Positions 36,480 to 47,639 of a DNA stretch of 64,000 nucleotides are shown here, one piece after another (positions within the stretch are counted from its first letter, which is position 1; every line of letters begins with the position of its first letter). The stretch lies in contig OZ024744.1 in NCBI GenBank assembly GCA_964016885.1, positions 35,278,001 to 35,342,000 on the forward strand, written 5' to 3'. This stretch comes from Eledone cirrhosa. Taxonomy: Eukaryota. The translations under genes and the position numbers were made by a program. The notes under the pieces are model-generated. The model had not been told where the DNA came from. It saw nothing but the letters and a program-made list of their open reading frames with translations, and did no database searches.

Positions 36480-36735
36480 AATGGTCACATTCTTTAAGCG
36501 TATGTCAATATTTATTTATAAAACTGATCTATATTATATTTTATCTCATGAAAGCACACCATAATTTAACTTGGTGTCCTTGAAATATGTATAATGAAAT
36601 AAATATGGTTTTATAAATATAGTTTCCATTTGTTAATATATCGTATTTTTACTCCAATAATTTGTTGAGTGCTTTATATCAGTTATAAAAATATCTGGTT
36701 GTTGTATCCCAACAATTTAAATAGGACTTCTACAT
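36480..36735 (+). mobile_element. Family H1 copy (hammerhead-like 36537-36601, core mutated to CTCATGA)
   Basis: Aligns by eye with 58200-58445. Confidence 0.75.
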
Positions 36736-36809
36736 ATATATATATATATATCAACTTCACCCCTCCCTCCTAATATTCTCTATAAAAACCAAATAGGTCC
36801 TCAGTAATA

Positions 36810-36855
36810 TTATTCTGATGAAATGACAGTAAATAATAACATTGAAATATTGAAT
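36810..36855 (+). ncRNA. Possible minimal hammerhead
   Basis: CTGATGA AATG..CATT GAAAT ATT gaat; stem I weak. Confidence 0.5.
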
Positions 36856-37100
36856 GTCTGCATAACTAAAACTTTGTAGATAGCAGCTGTTTTCAGGTTA
36901 TGTAACTGTTATAGAAACACGTGTCAATAAATTCCTTTCAACTAAACTGTATCCATTCAAATCTTTCTATTTTTCTCCGGATTACTTTTGGAACTACAAC
37001 TGGAACCGTTGAGCAAACTCTACGTGAGCTGTCAATCTACTGTGTGTAATATTTATATTGCAACACAACGGAAAATACTGTGTATATATATATATATATA

Positions 37101-38304
37101 TCATCATCATCACCGTTTTACGTCCGTTCTTCCACGCTAGCATGGGTTAGACGGGTTGTCCTGTTGTGGGCAGTGTCTGGTCGGCTGACCATGCCTTGCT
37201 CATATTAGAACTGATCTGGCTTGATTTCTACAACTGGATGCCCTTCCTAACACCAACCTCATTTACAGTGAGTGCTGGGTGCTTTTTCGTGGCGCCTACA
37301 CGTCCACTTTACAGTGTGGGCTGGGTGCTTTTTTGCCGTGGCACCTCCACGACCACCTTGCGGTGGGGGGGGGGGGCATATTGTTTATATGCTTCAGCAT
37401 GTACCCATGGGAGGTCGGGTACCCTGTATTACTGCGTGACGCCAGAAGTCACGGTCGTGTGTCATTGACTTTGAGAGGTGTAGTTGGGTAAGGTCGGCTT
37501 TTATCACCTCATCCCAAGTCATCTTGGGTCTCCCCACTCCGCGGTTTCCATCAACTTCTAGTGCTCTGCACCTTTTTATGCAGCTGTCATCCTTCATACG
37601 CATCACATGTCCATACCAGCGTAACCGCCTCTCCTGCACGCAGCATTTGATTCCTCTTATGCTCAGTCTCTCTCTCAATTCCTTTATGCTTTGTCGTTCA
37701 CGTATATTACTGTTACACATCCATCGGAGCATGCAGGCTTCGTTTCTCTCTAATCTACGTAAGTCTTCCACCTTCAGCGCCCAGGTCTCACTACCATGCA
37801 ACATCGCTGTTCGGATACACGCATCATACAGTCTGCCTTTCATTCTGAGGGAGAAGCCTTTTGCAGCTAGCAGTGGTAGTAGTTCCCTAAACTTCTTCCA
37901 TCCCGTTCTTACCCTAGTTATTGTACTTTCTGAGCACCCACCTCCGTTGCTAATTCGGTCACCTAGGTAGCAGAAGCTGTCTACTGTTTCTACAGGGCCC
38001 TCCCAGAGATTGGTGGTACTTGTTTCCTGTGGCTGTTTGCTTGCTGTTTCAGCACAGCTGCTGCATGTGAATCCTACATTCTTAATTAAGCTTCCTGAGA
38101 TCCCGCTACATCTCTTGTGTACCCATTGTTTGCATTTGGGGCAGAGAATGGAGTTCCTACCTACACCTTTCCTACATACTGAGCAAGGCCATTTCCCTGA
38201 GGGGATCTGGGTCCTGTTTTCTCGTCTACTTATAAGGACCTTAGTCTTTGTCATGTTGACTTTGAGGCCCTTTCTCTCTAGTCCCTGCTTCCAGGTTTGG
38301 AATT
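37101..38304 (-). mobile_element. 5'-truncated RTE-PHD LINE, subfamily B, in TA tract
   Basis: Open frame KFQTWK..PHD..FCYLGD..GTRPPMGTC*; (CAT)n at 37101. Confidence 0.93.
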
Positions 38305-38366
<62 letters not shown>

Positions 38367-38398
38367 TCATCGTATATATATATATATATATCATTATA

Positions 38399-38580
38399 TC
38401 GGTGAATTGGCAGTATCGGTAGAGGGTCGGACATGCTTTCTAGCATAGAGTTTCGTCCCTTTACGATCTGAGTTCAAATCCCGCCAAAGTTAACTTTGCC
38501 TTTCATCCATACGGGGTCGATAAAATAAAGCACCAGTAATGTACTGGGTAATTGCTGGCCTTGTGCCAAAAATAGAAACA
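38399..38580 (+). mobile_element. tRNA-derived SINE, family 2
   Basis: A/B boxes and core as at 14598. Confidence 0.85.
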
Positions 38581-38594
38581 TATATATATATATA

Positions 38595-40265
38595 ACCTTG
38601 CACATAACATCACAGCTTCAAATTTAGCTAAACTACCTAGCCGTAGGAACATGTACAACCCTGTAGTTAGTACTAACTGTAATTGTAGGAATCGGGTTGA
38701 CTGCCCCCTATCCGGGAAATGCCTCTCTAGTAACATTGTCTACAAATGTAACGTTGAAACACCCACGTCCCGTAGGGCCTACATAGGGTTAACCGCCAAT
38801 AGATTCAAGCAGCGTCTTTACATGCATACCCATTCTTTTTTTAACCCTTTAAGAAGGAATATGAAGTCACTTTCAGCTTATATCTGGAGTCTAAAAGACA
38901 ACCACACCCAATATAAGTTACACTGGGAGATCCTAGCTAGGGCTAGATCGTATAACAGAAATAAAAGACCATGTGACCTCTGCGCCACTGAAGCCCTGGA
39001 AATATTCTACGCCACAGACCACATCTTAAACAAAAAATCTGAGGCAATTTCGGCTTGTAAACATAAATTGCACAAAACTTTCCTGTATTACAGCCCCACA
39101 CGGATAGTACGAACTATATGCGGATATTTTATGTCTTGATGAGGTAGGTAAGTATATGTTATGTTTATTCCATTACTTATTTGTATAGGTAAGTATATAT
39201 TACATGTATATTTTGTGAAGGTATGTATACTTTCTCGTACTTACATTTGTTTGTATATGTTATGGCGTATATATTATATATACTGGTACATGTGCTTATG
39301 GTTATGTGTATACGTGAGTTTTGGGTCTGTGTGAGTATGTAGGGTGTGTGTATATGTGTACTTGGTGTTTTGGCTGACGTACATCCGCGAACATATATGT
39401 ATTTACATGTAGGTATGTGTGTGCGCGCGTTATATACGTATTCATGTGTGTATATTTATATATATTATGTATACACGCACACCCACACACATATATATAT
39501 ATTTTTAATATATATTTTTATGTGTATTTGGTGTATACGTTCATATGTGTGCGGGTACAGGCGTTGTGTGGGTTCTGTATGTGCGTGTGTGTGGTTTTTT
39601 TTTGTGTACGTGCTTGTATTTGCATACCCATGGCGAGTGTTTTCGCGTATGCTTGTGTATGTACGTATATGGATGCGTGTATGTATATATTTAATTTCAA
39701 TTACCTCTGTATTTTATTTACTTTATTCTTAACTCTGAGGCCGAGAATCATTCGGTTTCCTAAATAGATTTTTAGTCTACGACTTCAGTTATACCATTTA
39801 CGTGGTTTTGTACTTGCGTGTAATTGTTCTCACTGTTCCGCGTAATGAAGTATTATCTTCGTTTTTTCTGTTCATTGTCTGAGAACGTCTCCATGAACCA
39901 CCAAATAGAATATTAGTCTACGACTTCATTTATACCATAAACGTGGTTTTGTCTTTGTGTGCACCAAATAATGACGTATTATCTTCGTTTATTCCGTTCT
40001 TTGCCAGGGAACGTTTCACAAACTAAAGTATCATCTTCCTGTCTTCCTTTGGTTGCAACATTTTTTGAAATATTGACTTCTGCGTTCACAGATTGACTTT
40101 TTTAGTTTCAGAAGATCCCGTTAAGGGTGAAAGCAGCGATTCTTTGCTTAAACTTTAATTTGTTATTTTAATAAATATTTGCTCTATGGTTCTTATACAT
40201 CTGATATATATTTATCCTTATCGAACCCTCTTTGGATTTTAGTCTTCAAATTTATTATTATTACT
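38595..40265 (+). mobile_element. Penelope-like element 3' portion (Naiad-like) with long 3' region
   Basis: GIY-YIG ORF 38651-39139 (CNCR..CPLSGKC..NIVY..YIGLT..CDLC..LNKKSE..CKH); 39480-39745 also reversed at 13390-13575; hammerhead-like CAGAAGA tCCC-gttaa-GGGt GAAAG at 40109. Confidence 0.88.
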
Positions 40266-40291
40266 ATATATATATATATATATATATATAT

Positions 40292-43200
40292 GTCTTGGGT
40301 ATGACATTAAACTACATCCAGTGGCAAGGCTCCAGTTCGGGAGTTCAGGAGATGTGGGGAATATGGAGTTACCCCTTAGTTGTCATGACTCCCAGGTCTG
40401 CCCTGGCCCGGGGTGGTAGTACCTGTTAGGGCTCCATTTATGGGTTAAATAACTACCTTATTCGAGTGGCGCCGGTAAGGTATTGTCAGCCATTGAAAAG
40501 AAATATGGAGAGTCGATCTAACAGCACTAGGGTTAGAGCCCCTAATTACACTGTCAAGGAGCAGCCTGGTCGTTATGACTCTGCTGGCTTAGAGCCACAG
40601 AGAGGGCCAGTGGATGATGGATCAGCTGTCTCTGAGACAAATATAAAGAATGTAGTTTTGTCCTGCAGAAGAGCCATCAAAATGGGCACTTTGAATGTGA
40701 GGACTATTCGAACGCTGGAGAAGAGAGAGGAGTTGGGACATCTGTTCGAGGAGAGTGGTATACAGATACTTGCGATCCAAGAACACAGGATTCTACACGA
40801 TGAGCCCGTGAGGAGTGTGATGATCGGGAGGAAGAGCCAGCTCATCACTACATCGGCAGTGAAGAACACAACAAATGCTGCAGTAGGAGGAGTGGGTTTT
40901 GTGTTCAGTGCAAAAACCAATCTGTTGGTGAGGGAAATAATGCCTATCTCCCCGCGAGTGTTGAGGGTGACCTTCAATGGAAACCCAAGACTGACAGTCA
41001 TCTCAGCCTATAGTCCAACCGAGGGGGACAGTGATGTGAATGCCGAGGAGTTCCATGAGGAAGTGTGTAGAGCTGTCAACACCACTCAGGCACACAATAT
41101 CCTGCTTGTTTTGGGGGACTTCAATGCACATCTGAGTAAGGAGGGCAGTGAAGATCCTTGCTGGTACTTCCATAACAACACCAACCGAAATGGAAGACTA
41201 CTGAGAGACACCCTGCTGGAGGCGAACTTGATGGCGACCAACCTAGGGTTTAGGAAGAATCTGGGGAAGATGTGGACCTACATCTCAGATGTGCACCTGT
41301 CCAAGTCCCAGATTGATTTCATTCTGGTGAGGAAAAAGTGGCGGAATAGTGTTCTGAACACGGAACCATACAGCTATTTCAGTACACTGGGTAGTGACCA
41401 CCGGCTTGTTATGAGTGAGGTCCGCGTGAGCTTAAGAAAGAGCAAGGCTCAGCCCCGGAGAACAATCTATGACTGGGGAGCTTTCAAGGAAGATGATAAG
41501 CTACAGGAGAGGTTCACAGTGGAAGTGAGAAACAGGTTTAGTGCTCTGTGTGGAGAGTCAGAGGAGAGAGAGATTGGATGGACTGAGGAGAGTGTGACGA
41601 GGAGGTACGGGCACTTCACCAATGCAGTGGCGAAAGCAAGTGAAACCCTGGTGCCGAGGAAAAAGAACAAAGGGAAGCACGTCAGCTCTGCAGACCCAAA
41701 AGTGTGTGCAGCCAGAGAACACCTGAAAGCTGCCAGGGACCAATTCTATGCTGATCCTACGGAGGAGAGGATGGAGACTGTGGAGGTGATGAGGGAAGAG
41801 CTCTGTACCGCTTACACTGAGGTCAGAGAGGAGGCACTGATAGAGAAGATCAGAAGTGTGGAGAGAGCGGTTGACAGATCTGGATGTAAGGAGAGCTGGA
41901 TGATCATCAACGAGATCACAGGGAGGAAGAAAAGGTGTTCGAGTCAGATCCAGGGAACGGGGCCCGAGGATAGGAAGAGGAAATGGCTAGACCATTTTAG
42001 GACCCTACTAGGAGAGCCACCCTCCACAGCCCAGAGCACTGGGGAGATCAGGCGGCTGTTTGAGGAACTGGATGTTGAGACAGAGCCCTTCACCAGAGAG
42101 GAGCTTCAGAGAGCCAAGAAGAAGATCAAGGAGGGCAAGGCTCATGGAGAAGATGGAGTAGCATCAGAGGTGATGAAGTGGTGTGATTTTGATGATATCA
42201 TCCTGGGGTTCTGTAACGGGGCACTGGAGAAGGGAGTTGCCCCGAATCAGTGGAGGATCAGTAACATCGTCCCAGTGCCAAAGAAGGGAGATCTCTCTAA
42301 CACCAACAACTACCGGGGGATCTCACTGACGTCACTTGTGGCAAAGACCCTCAACAGGATGATTCTTAACAGGATCCAGCCTGAGATGGAGAAGAAGCTC
42401 AGGGACAACCAGAACGGCTTCAGAGAGGGTAGATCAACCACCAGTCACATCCTGATGCTGAGGAGGATATTAGAGGGAGCTAGAGCAAAGTGCCTTCCTG
42501 CGGTCATGGTTTTCATTGACTTTAGGAAGGCCTTTGATTCTGTGGACCGTTACTGCCTGATGAAGATCTTACAGGCTTATGGAATCCCCAAGAGGATAGT
42601 GGACCTGATATCACTGCTCTACACCAACACCAAAGCCCAAGTCATTACACCTGATGGGATGACAGAGTTCTTTGAGATACTGGCTGGAGTGCTCCAGGGA
42701 GATACATTGGCTCCCTACCTTTTTATCATCGTAGTGGACTATTGTATGCGCCTTGCACTGGAGAAACACCAGGACTCTGGCTTTACTGTAGCACCGGCTC
42801 AGAGCAGGAGAGTTGGGGCGAAAAAGGTATCGGATGCTGAATTTGCCGACGACATAGTTTTGGTGACAAATACAGTGAAGGAGGCAGAGGATTTGATGCG
42901 GGAGGTTGAGACTGTGTCGATGAGTGTGGGGCTGAGAATGAATGAGACTAAAACAAAATATCTGGTAGAGAATGTTGAGAAGCCAGAGGGGATCACTAAT
43001 GTAGGCGGGAAGCCGCTGGAATTGGTTGAGGACTTCCTGTATTTGGGAGCAAAGATTGGGAATACGGAAGATGATGTGGTTGAGAGGAAGAGCAAGGCCT
43101 GGGCAGCGTGCCACAGCTTGAGATCGGTGTGGAAGTCGGACCTTCGTAGAGACCTGAAAGTCCGCCTCTTCATTGCTGTAGTGGAGTCTGTGCTGCTGTA

Positions 43201-43606
43201 TGGGTCTGAGACTTGGACACTGACCAAGAGACTCACTCAGATGGTGGATGGGTGCTACACGAGAATGCTGAGGATGGCTCTGAACATTAATCAGTATACA
43301 CTGAGGATGAAAAACTCAGAGCTGTATGGGAGCCTCCCAAAAGTCAGCTCAAAAGTGACACAGAGGAGACTGAGGTTGGCTGGACATGCTCACCGACATC
43401 CAGAGTTGACATTGCACTCCGTGCTCCTTTGGGAGCCCCTACATGGACACACTGGAAGAGGAAGACCAAGGTTAACATATGTTGATGCCCTAAGGACAGA
43501 CACTGGTCTGTTGGAGACGCAGGACATGGCAGCGATAATGAGGGACAGAGACCGCTGGAGAGAACTCGTCCATGGATCTCGGGAATTTTACCCGCCTTAG
43601 ATAGAT
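40292..43606 (+). mobile_element. Full-length RTE-clade LINE in TA tract
   Basis: ~210-bp 5' UTR, single ORF, stop codon running directly into ATAG/TA repeats; TA on both sides. Confidence 0.93.
40505..43600 (+). CDS. APE endonuclease + reverse transcriptase (1031 aa from the ATG)
   Basis: GTLNVRT, IQEHR, LGDFNAH, IDFIL, SDH; FIDFRKAFD, QGDTLAP, FADD, FLYLG; no stops or frameshifts. Confidence 0.95.
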   Translation: MESRSNSTRVRAPNYTVKEQPGRYDSAGLEPQRGPVDDGSAVSETNIKNVVLSCRRAIKMGTLNVRTIRTLEKREELGHLFEESGIQILAIQEHRILHDEPVRSVMIGRKSQLITTSAVKNTTNAAVGGVGFVFSAKTNLLVREIMPISPRVLRVTFNGNPRLTVISAYSPTEGDSDVNAEEFHEEVCRAVNTTQAHNILLVLGDFNAHLSKEGSEDPCWYFHNNTNRNGRLLRDTLLEANLMATNLGFRKNLGKMWTYISDVHLSKSQIDFILVRKKWRNSVLNTEPYSYFSTLGSDHRLVMSEVRVSLRKSKAQPRRTIYDWGAFKEDDKLQERFTVEVRNRFSALCGESEEREIGWTEESVTRRYGHFTNAVAKASETLVPRKKNKGKHVSSADPKVCAAREHLKAARDQFYADPTEERMETVEVMREELCTAYTEVREEALIEKIRSVERAVDRSGCKESWMIINEITGRKKRCSSQIQGTGPEDRKRKWLDHFRTLLGEPPSTAQSTGEIRRLFEELDVETEPFTREELQRAKKKIKEGKAHGEDGVASEVMKWCDFDDIILGFCNGALEKGVAPNQWRISNIVPVPKKGDLSNTNNYRGISLTSLVAKTLNRMILNRIQPEMEKKLRDNQNGFREGRSTTSHILMLRRILEGARAKCLPAVMVFIDFRKAFDSVDRYCLMKILQAYGIPKRIVDLISLLYTNTKAQVITPDGMTEFFEILAGVLQGDTLAPYLFIIVVDYCMRLALEKHQDSGFTVAPAQSRRVGAKKVSDAEFADDIVLVTNTVKEAEDLMREVETVSMSVGLRMNETKTKYLVENVEKPEGITNVGGKPLELVEDFLYLGAKIGNTEDDVVERKSKAWAACHSLRSVWKSDLRRDLKVRLFIAVVESVLLYGSETWTLTKRLTQMVDGCYTRMLRMALNINQYTLRMKNSELYGSLPKVSSKVTQRRLRLAGHAHRHPELTLHSVLLWEPLHGHTGRGRPRLTYVDALRTDTGLLETQDMAAIMRDRDRWRELVHGSREFYPP

Positions 43607-43621
43607 ATATATATATATATA

Positions 43622-43965
43622 TCATCATTCATCATCATCATCATTTCATTTTACGTCCGCTATTTCCCTGCTTGCAAGGGTGGGACGGGAACTGATTCTG
43701 GCCTGATTTCTACAGCTGGATGCCCTTCCTAACACCAACCTCATTTACAGTGAGTGCTGGGTGCTTTTTTGCCGTGGCACCTCCACGACCACTTTGCAGT
43801 GGAATGATATGGACCCCAGTCCTATCATCTCATTTCTACAGCTGAGTGAACTGGAGCAATGTGAAATAAAGTGTCTTGCTCAAGGAAACAACACATCACC
43901 CGGTCTGAGAATTGAACTCACAACCTCTCGATTGCAAGGCCAATGCTCTAACCAATGCTCTAACT
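43622..43965 (-). mobile_element. SINE family 1
   Basis: Same as 28803-29125. Confidence 0.88.
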
Positions 43966-43984
43966 AATACATATATATATATAT

Positions 43985-44825
43985 ACTAGCTGGCTTGTCC
44001 GGCTGGCGCCCAGCTAGGTTTGCCGGCATTTAATATTTTCAGGAATTTCCCCTCCACTCCAGTGCAAAGATACCGCATGCCCTCTCAAGTCAGCGATGGG
44101 AGGGGAGGGGAGTGCTTTGATGTTGGGTTTGAATAGTTTTGAGGATTCCCCAGTCCCAATTCAGCAGCCAGTACATTAAAGAAAATTGTTGATAATTACA
44201 ACAATAAAGGCTGAACAGAGAACAAATTTTTTAACAAACTTTAAAATAATTTGTATAATCTTAAGTTATATTGTTAGAGCCTCAGAGTATACAATATTTT
44301 TTGTTCGGCTCTCGGGAGCAAAGATGAAGAGATATTTAAGTAAAAGCCGTACTAAGAGTGAGAAATGAAATTTCGTTTCATTTTTTCCGTTTATCGTTTT
44401 CGGTACCCCGGCTGATTAACTCACTCGATATGCAAATTAGGCTACTCAGCCGTTAATATGCATAAGGAAAGTATATACTTTCAGACGTTCAACCATCTGG
44501 CAGGAAGGTATACGTTGCTGACAATAGCTAATAAGCTTGAAACTAGTACAGCGTTCTTTTGTCAGTGTTGAACAAATGAGCAACGATGGTTGCTAGACAC
44601 TGTACGGCTTAATTCGGCATGTTTGTTTACAAACACACCGAGCATTATAATAAATGTTCGGTGAATCCATACGTACATATATATATGTGTGCATGTATGT
44701 ATATATATATATATATATACATACTACTGTACGTCTGTATACATATATGTATGTACGTATACATACTTATATTTAAGTAACAGCCGTACTAAGTGTGAGA
44801 AATGAAATTTCGTTTCATTTTTTCC

Positions 44826-44830
<5 letters not shown>
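43985..44830 (-). mobile_element. Non-autonomous Helitron-like element
   Basis: Minus-strand 3' end has a GCTG-ggcgc-CAGC hairpin then CTAG|T; 5' part is ~1.1 copies of the 423-bp unit and starts in a TA tract. Confidence 0.65.
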
Positions 44831-44868
<38 letters not shown>

Positions 44869-46879
44869 ATATAGAAAGGCTTCTACATGACTAGAATTGT
44901 TTCATTCGTGAGAAATCATCGGGGAGCTGACTGTCTAAGTAAATATGGTGGTATTTATATATTTTTTGGTGGTAGGAGAGGGGGGGCGGGTATGGGATGG
45001 GTGGAGGTCATTGGTTGATGGGTTTAAAGAAAAGGGAATTCTTTAAAAGCTAATTCTTTAAAGCTATAAATATATATTTAGAATGAGAAAGGCAGAAAGA
45101 ATTCTATAAACAAATTGAAATTGGGGTGCCACTCCTTATTTTTAAGTTTCTCTTAAGCTAACAATGCCTATATTTCAGGTACATAAACATATTTGCATGT
45201 ATATACATATACCATACCTATGCATAAAACATATATATATATACACACATATATACATATATTTATATCCGTAAGAGCAAGATATGGTCACCCGACCTGA
45301 CATTGTCCACAACAGGACAACCTATCTAACCCATGCTAACGTGAAAGAATGGATGTAAAACAGTGATGATGATGATATGCAACAATAGAGAATACATAGT
45401 ATACCATTAACTCATATTAGTCCATTGCCTTAGAGAAATTAACAAAACATTATTTTTAAATATTTGTCAAGTTTACAAAGAATGACTTTTGGCTGACTTT
45501 TTTCAAAGATCAACTCCGTCAAAAGAACTGAAACAATAACATCATTGTTATATTGGTGACATTTAATGAACGGTCTTTAGCTGTTATGGTTATTAAGAGT
45601 AAATTGATACTAAACTGATATTAAATACTCATAACCACTGTAATTATTCACTGAATAATAATATTCCTTAGATTAATCATCACAGAAACCAGTTTATTTG
45701 TTTATTGCCTGGCATATGTCTGTATGTATGCACACACACACACACACAGACTGACAGACGTAGAGATATACACAGACATATGTATGTATGCATATCATCA
45801 TCATCATCGCTTAATGTCTATCTTCCACGCTTACATAGGTTAGATGGGAATTATCCCACTTGAGGCAAGATTGGTCGGATGACCGTGTCTCGCTCGTGTA
45901 GGACTGTATGTATGCATTTATGTATGTATGAATGTATGTATATATGTATTTATGTTTTCTCTTTCTCTTAATTTCGAGTATATTTTTTTGACCGGCCACC
46001 TTCCTGGTGGCAAAGTTGTAAAAGAAAAGAAATTGTCATCCCTTGAATCGCAAGAATGTTTTGCAAATTTTGTATGTATGTATGTTTATATGTATGTGTG
46101 TATGCATGTATGTCAGGTCACTAGTTGGTGTTACTGGTAACATGTATCCCAGTACAACCTGTTTCATGGTCGGGTCGTTGGCGACTAAGCTGGCAACCCC
46201 ACCAAGGTATCTTGGTGAGGAGGGTGACTTTGGACATCCTGCAGGACTAAAAACAAAACCTGTCAAAGGGCAAAAGAGCTCTTAAGAGTCAATGGCCATC
46301 CAAAGTCACCGGGAGAAATGACCCCTTAGCCTTTGTCAAGGCAGAATTCTAGGAGAAGGAAAACTCTGATATAACACCTGCAACCCTGATGGTATCCAAT
46401 GATGTTGACTTGTTCTTCTTTTTGGTAAATATCATCTTGGTTAAGAGAGTGGGATTGGCTTTGTGCAGTGCTTTTGCTCACTATAAAAGCTTCACGGCAC
46501 AGGCATTGCTTTATATCTGGAGATCTCTCTGCACTTGTTGTCACATGGTACCATGGGCCCAGCACTATGTGTCAATAATTGTCACAAGTGTAGTGTTTGT
46601 ACCAGAGTTTTCAAGTCGCTGGCTGGACTAAAAAGTCACACTCGTTCAGCGCATCGGTAGGGGTTCTCCTACATGGATATAAAATAGTGGCCGTACTCGA
46701 AAACGAGTTGGCAGCCACCATGCATGTATGTATGTATTCACCAACACCAATGTTGGCATATATATATCTTAGTGAATTTTCACGAAGGCTCTTTAATATC
46801 TAACGATTTCTTGTTGCGTCAAAAACATATATTACACTTATACGTGATCTTCTTTATGCAGACAACTGTGATATTCTTA

Positions 46880-47620
46880 GCTTTATGGAAGAAAACCTTC
46901 AATATCTGATGGATTGCTTCTCGGCGTGTGATGAGTTTGGGTTGACAATCAACATATTAAAGTCTGCGGTGTTGTACTAACATGCACCTTGATAGTTGTA
47001 TATTCCACCATCCATATCTGTCAAAGAGAAAATATTGAAGTTTGTGGATAAGTATGTCTACCTGAGTAGTATTCCCTACAGAGTTAACACACTTGATGAG
47101 AAGGTAAGCTACCAGTTGTCTAAAGCTTTCGACGCTTTTGGTAAGATGGAGAAACATAAGTGGACACAATCAGATATTAGTGTGTGCACACAAAAGTTGA
47201 AGTGTATCAAGCATGTGTGCTTACAGCTTTGCTGTATGAATGTGAGACAATATACTGTGGGCATATCCAGCAACTCAAATGTTTCCAACAACAATGCTCG
47301 CACTCCACCCTCAAGATCTCATGGTGTTCTCATACACCTGATGTGCTGTAGTAAAACCATGATCATCAAGTTAGTTGGTTAGGTAACATAGTATACCTAG
47401 AGGACAGCAAACTTCCAAAATAAGTATTGTATGGAGAAGTGGTGCAAAGCAAACTCCTGCAGTGCAAGCCACACAAGTGCTTTAAAAACTACCTGAAAGA
47501 TAGTCTGAAGAATGTTAATGTCAACTCAGAAACTTTTACAAATATTTCTTTGAAAATAGAGTTAATTGATGTGAAGAAATGTTGTTGCAATACTGAACAT
47601 ACCATTATCTAGAATTTAAA
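46880..47620 (+). pseudogene. Degenerate RTE (BovB-like) fragment
   Basis: [28 protein letters not shown]; same lineage as 1945-4245. Confidence 0.75.
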
Positions 47621-47639
47621 AACTGCAACAACTCTGGGA

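Noticed and set aside
40573-43628. Antisense ORFs over the RTE, and likewise over CR1 and Merlin
   Set aside because: Shadow frames of the real coding strand.
46130-46330. Structured segment resembling an RTE 5' UTR or HDV-like ribozyme
   Set aside because: Could not build the nested double pseudoknot by eye; left uncalled.
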